NCBI GenBank assembly: GCA_964450805.1
Contig: CAYVDD010000001.1
Coordinates: 6,595-70,594, forward strand
Direction of reading: 5' to 3'
Source: an uncultured Candidatus Saccharibacteria bacterium
GTDB taxonomy: Bacteria; Patescibacteriota; Minisyncoccia; Minisyncoccales; JANBVM01
DNA: 64,000 nt
Every line of letters starts with the position of its first letter. Position 1 is the first letter of the stretch. This document shows positions 45,911 to 55,981 of the stretch, one piece after another. The position numbers and the translations under genes were made by a program. The notes beneath the pieces are model-generated. The model was not told the origin of the DNA, searched no databases, and saw only the letters and a list, made by a program, of their open reading frames with translations.

Positions 45911-46171
45911 ATGGTTTCAAAATGGAGAAAATTAGAAGTAATGTTTGAATTTCTGATTTTTGGAATTTTAATTGGAATAACTGAAGATATTATTGCTATT
46001 AAATTAACAACAGGAGCTTCAATCACACCAAGAGTGATTGGAATAATAGTGGCAATTGCAATTCCTTTTGCAATAATAGGGGAGATGGTTGCTGATAGAG
46101 TGAATTTAGCAAAGCCGTTAAAAAAAATCTCTGATGGGATAAATCACAGGAATAGGAAAAATAAAATATAA
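45911..46171 (+). CDS. Small membrane protein (2 TM), hypothetical
   Basis: 86-aa ORF 8 nt after the extended -10 of element L, with hydrophobic helices. Confidence 0.45.
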   Translation: MVSKWRKLEVMFEFLIFGILIGITEDIIAIKLTTGASITPRVIGIIVAIAIPFAIIGEMVADRVNLAKPLKKISDGINHRNRKNKI

Positions 46172-46228
46172 CAAGAACAAATAAAAGACAAATTCTTTTA
46201 TTTGCTGTGATAATTTTCCTGATTTAAA

Positions 46229-46258
46229 GAAAAACCGCCGTATTTTCGGCGGTTTTTT
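46229..46258. terminator. Bidirectional terminator
   Basis: aaaaaccgccg-tatttt-cggcggtttttt between convergent genes. Confidence 0.7.
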
Positions 46259-46264
46259 AAAACC

Positions 46265-47410
46265 TTATTTACAAACAGGTTTTCCGTAAGAATAAACGTC
46301 TATAACCAGGCCATTCTGATCCTTTAGATAAAAGGTGTCATAGCAATCATTGGCAACAATATCTTTGCCATCAAGATAAATGTGCCAGGCATTGCCTAAA
46401 AAATCTTTATCTTGTGAATGATTCATAAAACAGGCCCGATTGTTTAGATTTTCATTCATATATTCTATGCATTCTTTATCGCCTCTGACATTAACATTCT
46501 CAGAATAATCAGGGATTTCACATCTTCTAAATCCAAGGATAAATTGCTGGCAACATGGTTCTAAATGAGAAACATCTTGTTTTGTTGGTCTGGGACAGCT
46601 TTTAGAAACAGTGATAGGGAAATCAAATGAGCTTGTTAAATATCCCATACATTTATTGAAACGGAAGTTTTTTTCTTTTCCTAAAGGATTATATCCAGCT
46701 GATAAATATATTTTATCTCCTTTTTTAATAAATATATCTTCATTAGTGTAAGAATTATAATAATGGTAGTATTTTTCCACTCCTTGAGGAATAATAATCT
46801 TTCCTCGACTTCCTTCAATAGACCAATTGGTGATATTAATAGTTTCATTATCTTTAATATTAGCTTTTAAAGTTATCAAAGACGGTCTAGAAGAAGATTC
46901 AATTCTAGCGCTTGAGATATTCACTTTATTAAAATAAGGAGAAATATTTAAACTAAAACTTCTTTGAGCTGGAGTTAAATCAACTGTTTTATTAATTTTT
47001 GCCCTTACTAAAAAAATATATTGATTAGAGCCAGAAGGAAGAGTAATTGTTCTTTTTTTAGCTTTGGTTGTTTTCCAGTCATTATCAAGTCCTAGAACCT
47101 TTGTTTCAAAATATAATTTTCCTTTTAAACTATCTGATAAAATATTTGCATCAAATTCAAAGACAACACTATTAGTGTCTTTTAAAATTTCACCCTGTTC
47201 TGGTCCTGATACTATATATGTATCAATTAGATTTATTGTTGGTTGCTGAATTACTGGTTGAGATTGGATTGTTTGATTTGGCTGAACTAAAGATGCTGTA
47301 TAAACAACATCTTGAACAGCAGGTTCTTTATTTACAGGTTTTTTAGCCGGAGAGCCAGAAAGGGAAAAAAGCAGGGCAATTACAATCATAAAGGTTAAAA
47401 ATATTTCCAT
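46265..47410 (-). CDS. Secreted hypothetical protein with Cys-rich C-terminal domain
   Basis: N-terminal signal/TM MEIFLTFMIVIALLFSLSG, a beta-rich middle part (possibly lamin-tail-like), and ten Cys residues in the last ~130 aa. Confidence 0.5.
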   Translation of the reverse strand: MEIFLTFMIVIALLFSLSGSPAKKPVNKEPAVQDVVYTASLVQPNQTIQSQPVIQQPTINLIDTYIVSGPEQGEILKDTNSVVFEFDANILSDSLKGKLYFETKVLGLDNDWKTTKAKKRTITLPSGSNQYIFLVRAKINKTVDLTPAQRSFSLNISPYFNKVNISSARIESSSRPSLITLKANIKDNETINITNWSIEGSRGKIIIPQGVEKYYHYYNSYTNEDIFIKKGDKIYLSAGYNPLGKEKNFRFNKCMGYLTSSFDFPITVSKSCPRPTKQDVSHLEPCCQQFILGFRRCEIPDYSENVNVRGDKECIEYMNENLNNRACFMNHSQDKDFLGNAWHIYLDGKDIVANDCYDTFYLKDQNGLVIDVYSYGKPVCK

Positions 47411-47502
47411 GATTTATATATTATGTAATATTTTATCTAAAAGTCAAATTTTACCTGATTTCTGGTTTTTGATATTATGAAATAATTAAAACTAAAAAAA
47501 AC

Positions 47503-47958
47503 ATGAATAAAATCATTATAATTGCGACTTTAATAATTATAGTTTCAATATTTTATTTTTCTTTACAAGATAAACCTCAGGAACAAGATATTGCAAATAC
47601 AGATTCAGAATCAAATGTTTTTGAAATACAAGGAATGAAAGTAGAAGTTTTAAAGGAAGGTTCAGGAGAAGGAATTAAAAATAATGATATAGCAACAGTT
47701 CATTATACTGGCTGGCTAGAAAATGGAATAAAGTTTGATTCAAGTATAGATAAAAGTATGCCTTTTAGTTTTGCTGTGGGCACTGGCTACGTAATAAAAG
47801 GTTGGGATTTAGGAATTTTGGGAATGAAAGTGGGTGAGAAAAGAAAATTAACGATCCCTTCGGAATTAGGTTATGGTGAAGGTGGAGCAGGCAGCGTAAT
47901 ACCAGCAGGTGCTGCATTAATATTTGAAGTTGAGCTCTTAAATATTATGTCACATTAG
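47503..47958 (+). CDS. FKBP-type peptidyl-prolyl cis-trans isomerase (membrane-anchored)
   Basis: VHYTGWLENG.KFDSS......F..G.G.VIKGWD.G..GMKVGEKRKL.IP..LGYG. Confidence 0.9.
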   Translation: MNKIIIIATLIIIVSIFYFSLQDKPQEQDIANTDSESNVFEIQGMKVEVLKEGSGEGIKNNDIATVHYTGWLENGIKFDSSIDKSMPFSFAVGTGYVIKGWDLGILGMKVGEKRKLTIPSELGYGEGGAGSVIPAGAALIFEVELLNIMSH

Positions 47959-48040
47959 GGAAGATATTGGCTGAGGAATTTTCAAAAATTAAGATATAAT
48001 AAAGGATTTTATATTATAGTTAATAATTTTCACTTAACTT

Positions 48041-48913
48041 ATGGAAAAAATTGGTATTGTTGTTGAAGAAGCAATTGATTTGCCCCAGGAAATAATTGAG
48101 AAATATAAGATAGGTTTGGTTCCTGTGAAGCTGGACTGGCCTGATTTGGACAATATGCCTGGAACTAATACTTTTGAAAAAATGAGAGAGCTTGAAAAAA
48201 GAAAAATTAAGAGTTTTGGCAAAACTTCACAGCCCTCTCCCAAAGATTTTTTAAATGTTTATAAAAAACAACTTGAGGATTTTGAAGAGGTTCTTTCTAT
48301 TACCATAACTTCAAAACTTTCAGGTTCCCATAACTCAGCGCTTCAGGCAATTAAGTTTTTACCAGCTGAGCAGCAAAAAAAAGTTGTGGTTGTTAATTCT
48401 TTAAATGCCAGTATTGGACAGGGGATATTAGTTTTAAAAGCAATTGAATTTATTAAACAAGGAATGCCGATACAAGATATTGCAAAGAAAGTTGAGGAAT
48501 TAGTGCCTCAAGTTCATGCCTTTTTAATGTTTAAAGACCCAAAATATATAGAAGCAAGTGGCAGGATATCAGGAATTGGGGCTAAATTAATTAGAAATGC
48601 AGCTAAACTTGGTATTCGTCCAGTATTAACTTTTAAAAATGGGTTGCTGGTTCCAGCTGGTCTAAAGACTGGATCAAAAGATATTCCTACTGGTATTTTT
48701 AAAGTATTTGAGCAATACGTTAAAAAGAATAAGCCCAAAAATGAATTAATAGTATTGATTTCTCATGGAGATGATCTAAAAGGAGCTAACAGATTAAAAG
48801 AAATGATTGAAAAGAACTTTAATGCTAAAGTTTTCTCAATCACTATTATTGATGATATATTAGGAGCTTTGTGCGGTCCTGAGACAATGATTTTAGCCTG
48901 GTCTGAAAAATAG
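48041..48913 (+). CDS. DegV family fatty-acid-binding protein
   Basis: IGIVVEEAIDLPQEIIEKYKIGLVPVKL...TSQPSP..F...Y, typical DegV length. Confidence 0.8.
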   Translation: MEKIGIVVEEAIDLPQEIIEKYKIGLVPVKLDWPDLDNMPGTNTFEKMRELEKRKIKSFGKTSQPSPKDFLNVYKKQLEDFEEVLSITITSKLSGSHNSALQAIKFLPAEQQKKVVVVNSLNASIGQGILVLKAIEFIKQGMPIQDIAKKVEELVPQVHAFLMFKDPKYIEASGRISGIGAKLIRNAAKLGIRPVLTFKNGLLVPAGLKTGSKDIPTGIFKVFEQYVKKNKPKNELIVLISHGDDLKGANRLKEMIEKNFNAKVFSITIIDDILGALCGPETMILAWSEK

Positions 48914-48998
48914 TTGCTGTTAAATATAAAATCCGAAAAAAAATATTTCGGATTTTTATTTAAATCCAACAAGCTTAAATTATATAGATAACTAAAAT

Positions 48999-49562
48999 TT
49001 ATCTCTTAATTGTTTCAATGATGTCTTTAGCGCCTTCAATACTGGTGCTAAGAGCATCTTTGACAGCAGTTAATGCCTCATCACTAACATCTCGGGCAGC
49101 TTCTATAGCAGCAATAACAGCTTGTCTTGTTGCCTGAGCTGCATCTCCTCCAACTTTTTTAACTGCTTCAACTGAACCACTTACCGCTTCAACAGCAGTT
49201 TTACCAATATCAAGGCCTAGTTCTTTGCCGCTATATATTGCCTGGGATACTGCTCCTTGAACTGCCTGTTCTTGTTTTCCACCAGCTTCCATAACACCAT
49301 TAATTGCTCCCATAACAATTCCTTTTATTGTGCCAATTACTGAAGCGCCAATATCAGCTACTCCAAATATTGCACCCTTTACTATTGAACCAGCTACTGC
49401 AATACCTCTAGAAACCACATCTCCGGTTCCCTTTACAAGAGTAACAGTTGTATTTTTAACAACATTAACAACAGCACTGCCAGTGTCACTGACTCCTTCC
49501 AGTCCTGCTCTTACTCCTTGTTTTACACCATTAACTATTCGAGAAATAATTGAAAAAACCAT
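48999..49562 (-). CDS. Gly/Ala/Val-rich repetitive hypothetical protein
   Basis: 187 aa of low-complexity amphipathic repeats (GxxVxxGAxxGVxxxG). No signal peptide. Confidence 0.4.
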   Translation of the reverse strand: MVFSIISRIVNGVKQGVRAGLEGVSDTGSAVVNVVKNTTVTLVKGTGDVVSRGIAVAGSIVKGAIFGVADIGASVIGTIKGIVMGAINGVMEAGGKQEQAVQGAVSQAIYSGKELGLDIGKTAVEAVSGSVEAVKKVGGDAAQATRQAVIAAIEAARDVSDEALTAVKDALSTSIEGAKDIIETIKR

Positions 49563-49698
49563 ATTATTGATTTAATTTATATCATAACGACCTTTTCTCT
49601 TTTAATTTTAACAAATTTAGGTAAAATTAAAATACATTTACTTTTTTAGTTTTGACAAGATATATCAGTAAACGTATAATTTAATTTACTAATTATAT

Positions 49699-50865
49699 AT
49701 GAGAAAACTTATTTTTGCAATCTTTGTTTTATTTTTTATTCTTGCTGGTGCTAATTTTTCTTTAGCTCAAGACAAGATAAGTCTTAAGTTTTTCTTTAGT
49801 CCAATTTGTCCTCATTGTGCCAAGGTAAAGCCGTTTCTCGATGATTTAGAGGAAAAATATTCCAATATTGAGTTTGAAAGTTACGATATTTTCCAAAAAC
49901 AAAACGCAGAATTTCTTAAACAAAACTATACAAATTATAGCGTTCCTGTTGGTGAACAGGGTTTTGTTCCTATTATTTTTATTGGAGAACGTTATTTTTT
50001 AGGATTTGATGAAACTATAAGTGCTGATATAGAAAACTATATCCTAGAGTTGTTAGAAAAGAACCCAGATCCAGGATCTTCAGAGCAAGAAAAAAAAATT
50101 ACTCTTCCAATTATTGGTGAAATATCTCTTGCAGATCTTTCTCCTGGTGCTTTAGCAGTAACTCTAGGAGCTTTAGATGGTTTTAATGCCTGCGCTATGC
50201 TAGCTTTAGGGTTTTTACTTACTGTTTTAGTTTCAACAGGAATAAGGGAAAGAGTATTTTTAATTGGTGGTACATTCATTTTAATATCAGGTATAGTGTA
50301 TTTCATTTTTATCTCAGCCTGGCTCAATCTATTTTTAGTTTTAGAACAGATTAATCATATTACTGTTATAATTGGCATCATCATAATTATGTTTTCTTTG
50401 TTTATGTTAAAAGATTATTCTCATGATATTATTTGCAGGGTTTGTGAGGCTGGTCCTTCTAAAAAAGACAATCTGTTTGTTAGATTTGAAAAAAGATTAT
50501 TTGAAAAAATGCAGGAAATATCCCAGGCCAAGACTTCTTTACCATTAATGCTTTTAGGAGTAGCTGTTGTTGCAGCTGGAGTGAATTTAGTGGAATTGGT
50601 TTGCTCTTTAGGATTTCCTTTAGCTTTTACAAAAATGCTTACTACCTATAACTTAAGCACATCTTCTTATTACTTTTACCTTTTGCTATACATTTTATTC
50701 TATATGATTGACGATTTAATAATTTTTGCTTTAGCTGTTTGGACGCTTAGAATCACCCAGGTTTCAGAAAAATATCTCAAAGCTATAAAACTGATTTCAG
50801 GAATTGTGCTTTTGATTTTAGGATTAATAATTATTTTTAAACCAGAAATTCTAATTCTTATTTAA
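49699..50865 (+). CDS. Thioredoxin-fold domain fused to polytopic DsbD/CcdA-like membrane domain
   Basis: Signal peptide, a CPHC active site in FFFSPICPHCAKVKPFL, then a membrane domain with GALDGFNACAM. Confidence 0.55.
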   Translation: MRKLIFAIFVLFFILAGANFSLAQDKISLKFFFSPICPHCAKVKPFLDDLEEKYSNIEFESYDIFQKQNAEFLKQNYTNYSVPVGEQGFVPIIFIGERYFLGFDETISADIENYILELLEKNPDPGSSEQEKKITLPIIGEISLADLSPGALAVTLGALDGFNACAMLALGFLLTVLVSTGIRERVFLIGGTFILISGIVYFIFISAWLNLFLVLEQINHITVIIGIIIIMFSLFMLKDYSHDIICRVCEAGPSKKDNLFVRFEKRLFEKMQEISQAKTSLPLMLLGVAVVAAGVNLVELVCSLGFPLAFTKMLTTYNLSTSSYYFYLLLYILFYMIDDLIIFALAVWTLRITQVSEKYLKAIKLISGIVLLILGLIIIFKPEILILI

Positions 50866-50867
50866 AA

Positions 50868-51617
50868 ATGACAGTCTTTCTAAATATAATTATTGCTACT
50901 TTTTTAATCAGCCTGATTGCTTTTATTGGGGCTTTAATTTTGTTTTTGAAAGAAAAGTTATTAGACAAAATCCTTTTGGCTTTAGTAGCTTTTTCAGCAG
51001 GGGCTTTGATTGGGGGAGCGTTTTTTCACTTGATACCAGAAGCGCTTGAAATAGTTGGACTAAAAAATAGTTTAAACGTATTTCTGTATGTTATTTCAGG
51101 ATTTTGCAGTTTTTTTATTTTGGAAAATTTTATTAAATGGCATCATCATCATGTAAGAGAGCATCCGAAAGTAATGCCATTTTCATATTTAATTTTGGTT
51201 TCTGATGCTATTCATAATTTTATTGATGGTTTGATCATTGCTGCTTCTTTTGTCAACTCCTTTTCTATTGGAATCATTACAACTTTAGCTATAGCTTTTC
51301 ATGAAATTCCTCAGGAAATAGGTGATTTTGGAATTCTAATTTATGGAGGGATTAAAAAAATAAAAGCACTGTTTTTAAATTTTTTATCAGCTATTAGTGT
51401 TGTTTTCGGCGGGATTGTTGGATTTTTTATTTCAGAGAAAATAGAGAGTTCAATTTTTTTTCTTCTTGCTTTTGCTGCTGGAAGCTTTATTTACATTGCT
51501 TCATCAGATTTAATTCCTGAAATTAAAACTTCTACGGTTTTAAAGAAAACAAGCAGTTATTTTTTTGTGTTCCTGCTTGGTTTGGGCTTGATGTTTTTAT
51601 TGACACTAAGTGGTTAA
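50868..51617 (+). CDS. ZIP family metal (zinc) transporter
   Basis: HNFIDGLIIAASF and AFHEIPQEIGDFGILI signatures, plus a His-rich loop WHHHHVREH. Confidence 0.85.
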   Translation: MTVFLNIIIATFLISLIAFIGALILFLKEKLLDKILLALVAFSAGALIGGAFFHLIPEALEIVGLKNSLNVFLYVISGFCSFFILENFIKWHHHHVREHPKVMPFSYLILVSDAIHNFIDGLIIAASFVNSFSIGIITTLAIAFHEIPQEIGDFGILIYGGIKKIKALFLNFLSAISVVFGGIVGFFISEKIESSIFFLLAFAAGSFIYIASSDLIPEIKTSTVLKKTSSYFFVFLLGLGLMFLLTLSG

Positions 51618-51680
51618 AATCTGACGCAGGAACTTAGAAACAAAAAAGGTCATTATAATTAAGAATTAATAATTAAAATT

Positions 51681-51962
51681 ATGTTGTCGCAACTACCAAT
51701 CAATCTCAAAGATGTAAAAAAAGAAGACATAGATAAAGAAATATTAAGGGCTGGAATGATTGCTGAACTTGATGCAGTAAGTTTCTATGAGCAAATGGCT
51801 GCTATGACTGATAATGAAAATATTAGAAAGGTTCTTTTAGATATTGCTAAAGAAGAAAAAACTCATGTTGGTGAGTTTGAAGCTTTACTGGTTAAACTTG
51901 ATAAGGAGTACGCAGAAGAACTGGAAGAGGGAAGAAAAGAAGTAGAAGAATTAACTCAATAA
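51681..51962 (+). CDS. Small ferritin-like protein (EncFtn / rubrerythrin-like family)
   Basis: MIAELDAVSFYEQMA......IRKVLLDIAKEEKTHVGEFEALL fits the E..A..Y.Q....EEK.H two-helix di-iron half-site pattern. Confidence 0.55.
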   Translation: MLSQLPINLKDVKKEDIDKEILRAGMIAELDAVSFYEQMAAMTDNENIRKVLLDIAKEEKTHVGEFEALLVKLDKEYAEELEEGRKEVEELTQ

Positions 51963-52003
51963 TTAAAGATAATTATAGAGCTAGTTTTTACGGAATCTTT
52001 TTA

Positions 52004-52933
52004 TTATTTTTTTGAGAAAAGTTTTGTTAAAAGAGGTATGATTTGCTTTTTTCTTGACATTACTTCTTTTAAATAAATAGTATTGTTTTTAGATTCTTTA
52101 GAGAAAGCTTTTTCAATATAGTTTTCTTTTTCCCAGAACAATAACTCCGTTCCTTGGCGGATTATATCGGTGACCGCTAGGGCAACAAGGTCATAATTTT
52201 TATCCTTTGCTATCTTTTCAAGCTCCTTTATGAATTCTTGCTTTCTCCGGTTGACTTTTTGGACATCCACGATTTCAATTTGCCCTATTCCCACTTTCTT
52301 TCCGTCGAGGTTAAAATTTTTGAAGTCGGAAAATATTGCTTCCCGAGCCGTTAAGCCTTTCATACTCGCTTTTGCCTTTTTAATCTGCATTCCGAATTCT
52401 TCAATGTTTTTGATTCCGGCAGTTTCAGCCAATCGCCTGGCTATTTTCCTGTCTTCGCTGGTGGAAGTTGCGGATTTGAAAATCACGGTGTCGGACAGGA
52501 TTGCGGAAAGGAGCAGTCCAGCAATCGGTTTCGTCAATCCGACGTCCTTGTCGTTCAAGAACTTTTTGGCGATTATGCTTGAGGTTGATCCTATAGGTTC
52601 GGTGTGGAAATATATCGGACCGAGGCATGAAAAATTGATTTTGTGATGGTCTATCACCTCCGTAATTTCGGCTCGCTCAATGTTGTCCGGGCTTTCAATC
52701 TTCTCGTTGTGGTCCAGGAGGACCATTCTTTTTCCCGCTGCATCGGTCATGGTTTCGGGAACCTCAGCCTTAAAATGTTTCAGAACATATTTTGTTTCAG
52801 GGTTGATTTCTCCAGCTTTGACTGCAACGGCATTTTTGCCTTTCTGTCTTAGGTAGTCCGCATAAGCTATTGAAGCACAGATTGTGTCGGTATCTGGGTT
52901 TTTGTGCCCTGTAACGTATATTTTGTCTTGCAT
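52004..52933 (-). CDS. ppaC: Family II (Mn-dependent, DHH) inorganic pyrophosphatase
   Basis: YVTGHKNPDTDTICASIAYA, VIDHHK, and a DHHA2 C-terminal domain. Confidence 0.9.
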   Translation of the reverse strand: MQDKIYVTGHKNPDTDTICASIAYADYLRQKGKNAVAVKAGEINPETKYVLKHFKAEVPETMTDAAGKRMVLLDHNEKIESPDNIERAEITEVIDHHKINFSCLGPIYFHTEPIGSTSSIIAKKFLNDKDVGLTKPIAGLLLSAILSDTVIFKSATSTSEDRKIARRLAETAGIKNIEEFGMQIKKAKASMKGLTAREAIFSDFKNFNLDGKKVGIGQIEIVDVQKVNRRKQEFIKELEKIAKDKNYDLVALAVTDIIRQGTELLFWEKENYIEKAFSKESKNNTIYLKEVMSRKKQIIPLLTKLFSKK

Positions 52934-53001
52934 GGATGTTGTTGGTTAGTAGTAACTGTTTATGTTATATTAAATAAAATTAGTATAATATTCAATATAT
53001 T

Positions 53002-53556
53002 ATGACAAGAAACAAAACATTTAATTTACTTAAAGAAAATCTAAAAAATAAAAACTTAATTAAACACTGCTTAGCAGTAGAAGCTTCTATGACAGGCTTG
53101 GCTGAGAAATTTAATGAAGATGTTGAAAAATGGGGGATTTGCGGATTAATTCATGATATTGATTACGAAAAAACTGGCGGTAATCCTAATTTACATTCAA
53201 AGCAGGGCGCAGAAATGTTAAAAGGTTTGGGTTTTGATGAAGAAACTTATAAGGCAGTTTTAGCTCACAATGAGATTCATGGTATTAAGCCAGAAAGCTT
53301 AATGGCAAAAGCTCTGTATTGTGTTGATCCTTTAACAGGATTGATTGTAGCTGCTACTTTGGTTTTACCTTCAAAAAAGATTAATAAACTAGAAATTGAC
53401 AGTGTTTTAAAGCGTTTTAAAGAAAAAGCCTTTGCTAAAGGTGCGGATAGAGAAATTATTAAAAAATGCGAAGAATATCTTAATTTATCCTTAAAAGAGT
53501 TTATTAGAATTACCTTGTCTTCTATGCAGAAAATATCAAATGAACTTGGATTATAG
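53002..53556 (+). CDS. HD-domain phosphohydrolase
   Basis: H...HDIDY and LAHNE motifs. 184 aa. Confidence 0.7.
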   Translation: MTRNKTFNLLKENLKNKNLIKHCLAVEASMTGLAEKFNEDVEKWGICGLIHDIDYEKTGGNPNLHSKQGAEMLKGLGFDEETYKAVLAHNEIHGIKPESLMAKALYCVDPLTGLIVAATLVLPSKKINKLEIDSVLKRFKEKAFAKGADREIIKKCEEYLNLSLKEFIRITLSSMQKISNELGL

Positions 53557-53706
53557 GGTAAATTTTTAACTTGACTAATATTTTTGCTTAATTTAAGGTA
53601 AAGTAAAGCTGTGAATAAGTTCATTTACGAATAAACATTTTAAAAGGTCGATTTTTTTTCGATGCTTTATATTTAAAGCTTAATTTAAATTTAATTTATT
53701 TGTTAT

Positions 53707-53868
53707 ATGGCAACAGAAGGTTACTGCGTTAAGTGTAAAAAAAAGCAAATTATGCAAAATGAGAAAGAAGTTGAGATGAAGGGAAAAGGCGGGGCTAAAA
53801 GAAAAGCTATGACCGGAACCTGTCCAAAATGTGGAACAAAAATGTTTAGAATTTTAGGCAAGGCCTAA
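53707..53868 (+). CDS. DUF5679-like zinc-ribbon small protein (not in ORF track)
   Basis: MATEGYCVKCKKKQIMQNEKEVEMKGKGGAKRKAMTGTCPKCGTKMFRILGKA, with two CxxC pairs. The terminator cgccagtcc-attt-gggctggcg lies at ~53914-53945. Confidence 0.6.
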   Translation: MATEGYCVKCKKKQIMQNEKEVEMKGKGGAKRKAMTGTCPKCGTKMFRILGKA

Positions 53869-54046
53869 ATTTTGCTCTAATCTTGTATTGAAAGACTTCC
53901 GGAGGTCTTTAGAGACGCCAGTCCATTTGGGCTGGCGTTTTGCTGTTTTTGATCCTTTGGATTTTTTTGCACTCTTAATAATTAACTCACTAAAAGGGCT
54001 AGCTAGTTGAGAATAAAATTCTCAATTCTTGTGATATAATTTAAAA

Positions 54047-54907
54047 ATGATAAAGTTGCAGAGAAAATCTGTTTTTTTGGTTTTGGGCACTTTAGTATTT
54101 TCTAATACTTTTGCTTGGACAGTAGTCTACAATTTAAACAAGCCTCAATCATTAGAGGTTAATTTTTTTAATGTAGGACAAGGTGATGCTATTTTTATTG
54201 AAACACCTCAAAATTATCAAATATTAATTGATGGAGGACCCAGCAGTATTATTTTGGAAAAATTAGGAAACGAAATGAATTTTTGGGATAGAACAATTGA
54301 TATGATTATTCTTACGCATCCAGAGCATGACCATATTGCAGGCCTAATTGAAGTTTTAAAAAGATATAATGTAGAAAATATTGTATGGACAGGAGTGCTA
54401 AGAGATACTGCAGATTATAATGAATGGATAAAATTAATTGAAAGTGAAAAGACTAATATAAAAATAGTTAAAGCAGACCAGAAAATAATTACACCTAATC
54501 TGTTTTTTGAAATACTTTATCCCTTCGAAGATTTAGAAGGACAGATGATTGAAAATACAAACAATACTTCAATTGTTGTTCGTTTAGTTTTTAATAATAA
54601 CTCTTTTCTTTTTACAGGTGATGTTTATAAATCAATAGAGAAAAAGCTTGTGGAGCAGTCGGATTATATTGATTCTGATGTGTTAAAAATAGGGCACCAT
54701 GGAAGTAAAACCTCTACTTCAAGAGAATTACTGGAAGCAGTAGTTCCTGAAATAGCTGTTATATCAGTTGGAAAAGATAACCGTTATGGTCATCCACACA
54801 ATGAAGTTTTGGATATTTTAAATGATTATGGTATAAGAGTTTTAAGAACAGACCAGCTTAGTGATATTAAAATCATTTCTAATGGTCAGAGTATAAATAT
54901 TAAATAA
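54047..54907 (+). CDS. ComEC/Rec2-related metallo-beta-lactamase domain protein
   Basis: N-terminal TM helix, NVGQGDAIFIETP...ILIDGG, THPEHDHIAG and GHHGSKTSTS. Confidence 0.8.
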   Translation: MIKLQRKSVFLVLGTLVFSNTFAWTVVYNLNKPQSLEVNFFNVGQGDAIFIETPQNYQILIDGGPSSIILEKLGNEMNFWDRTIDMIILTHPEHDHIAGLIEVLKRYNVENIVWTGVLRDTADYNEWIKLIESEKTNIKIVKADQKIITPNLFFEILYPFEDLEGQMIENTNNTSIVVRLVFNNNSFLFTGDVYKSIEKKLVEQSDYIDSDVLKIGHHGSKTSTSRELLEAVVPEIAVISVGKDNRYGHPHNEVLDILNDYGIRVLRTDQLSDIKIISNGQSINIK

Positions 54908-54916
54908 TATATAAAT

Positions 54917-55981
54917 ATGAAGTTTCCGATTATTAAAACTAAAATACAGGGACTAGATAGAAAATTTAATTTAGTAGATTTAGAAGAACAAAAAAAATAC
55001 TTTAAAGCCAAAGCAGGAGAAGATATAGAAAAGTTAAAAGAATTTTTAAGTAAAAATACTTTTATCGCTTATTTTCTGGGAAAGAAAAATTCTGGCAAAG
55101 GAACTTATTCAAAGATATTTAGCCGTCTTGTTGGAACTGAGAAGATAATTCATCTTTCTATTGGCGACATGGTGAGGGAAGTTGATAAAGAACTGGCTGA
55201 CAGCCAGAAGAAAAAAGAATTAATTTCTTTTTTAGAAAAAAATTACAGAGGATTCAAAGATTTAAAAGAAATTATTCATGTATTGGAAAATAGAAGTACA
55301 AAAACCCTTTTGCCAACAGAACTGGTTTTAACTTTAATTAAAAGAGAAATTGAGAAAATAGGTAAAAAGACTCTTTTTATTGATGGTTTTCCAAGAGGGT
55401 TGGATCAAATAGATTTTTCTTTATTTTTCAGAGACTTGGTTGGTTACAGAAACGACCCTGATATTTTTGTTTTAATTGATATTCCTGAAAGCATTATTGA
55501 TGAAAGGATTAAATATAGAAGAGTTTGTCCTGTTTGCAAGACTTCAAGAAATTTAAAGCTTTTAATAACGCCAGAAATTGGTTATGACAAAGGAAAAAAA
55601 GAATTTTATTTAATTTGCGATAATCCAGATTGTAAAAACGTTAAAATGGTTTCAAAAGAAGGAGATGAGTCTGGAATCGCACCAATCAAAGCAAGACTTA
55701 AAAAAGATGAAGAACTGATTCAAAGAGCATTGTCTCTTTACGGAATTCCAAAGGTTTTAATAAGGAATTCAGTGCCAGTCAGTGATGCCAAAGAATATGT
55801 TGATGATTATGAAATTACTCCTGAATATGTTTTGGAATGGGATAAGAATTTAAAAAAAGTACAAATCAAAGAAAAACCCTGGATTGTAAAAGACGATGAA
55901 GGTGTTGAATCTTATAGTCTATTAGCCCAGCCAGCAACAGTTTCTTTTATTAAACAGCTTGTTGAGATTTTTAATCTTTGA
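54917..55981 (+). CDS. Adenylate-kinase-family protein, unusually long (354 aa)
   Basis: P-loop GKKNSGKGT, DGFPR, and a zinc LID RRVCPVCKTS...CDNPDC. It carries extra N-terminal and C-terminal segments. Confidence 0.6.
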   Translation: MKFPIIKTKIQGLDRKFNLVDLEEQKKYFKAKAGEDIEKLKEFLSKNTFIAYFLGKKNSGKGTYSKIFSRLVGTEKIIHLSIGDMVREVDKELADSQKKKELISFLEKNYRGFKDLKEIIHVLENRSTKTLLPTELVLTLIKREIEKIGKKTLFIDGFPRGLDQIDFSLFFRDLVGYRNDPDIFVLIDIPESIIDERIKYRRVCPVCKTSRNLKLLITPEIGYDKGKKEFYLICDNPDCKNVKMVSKEGDESGIAPIKARLKKDEELIQRALSLYGIPKVLIRNSVPVSDAKEYVDDYEITPEYVLEWDKNLKKVQIKEKPWIVKDDEGVESYSLLAQPATVSFIKQLVEIFNL

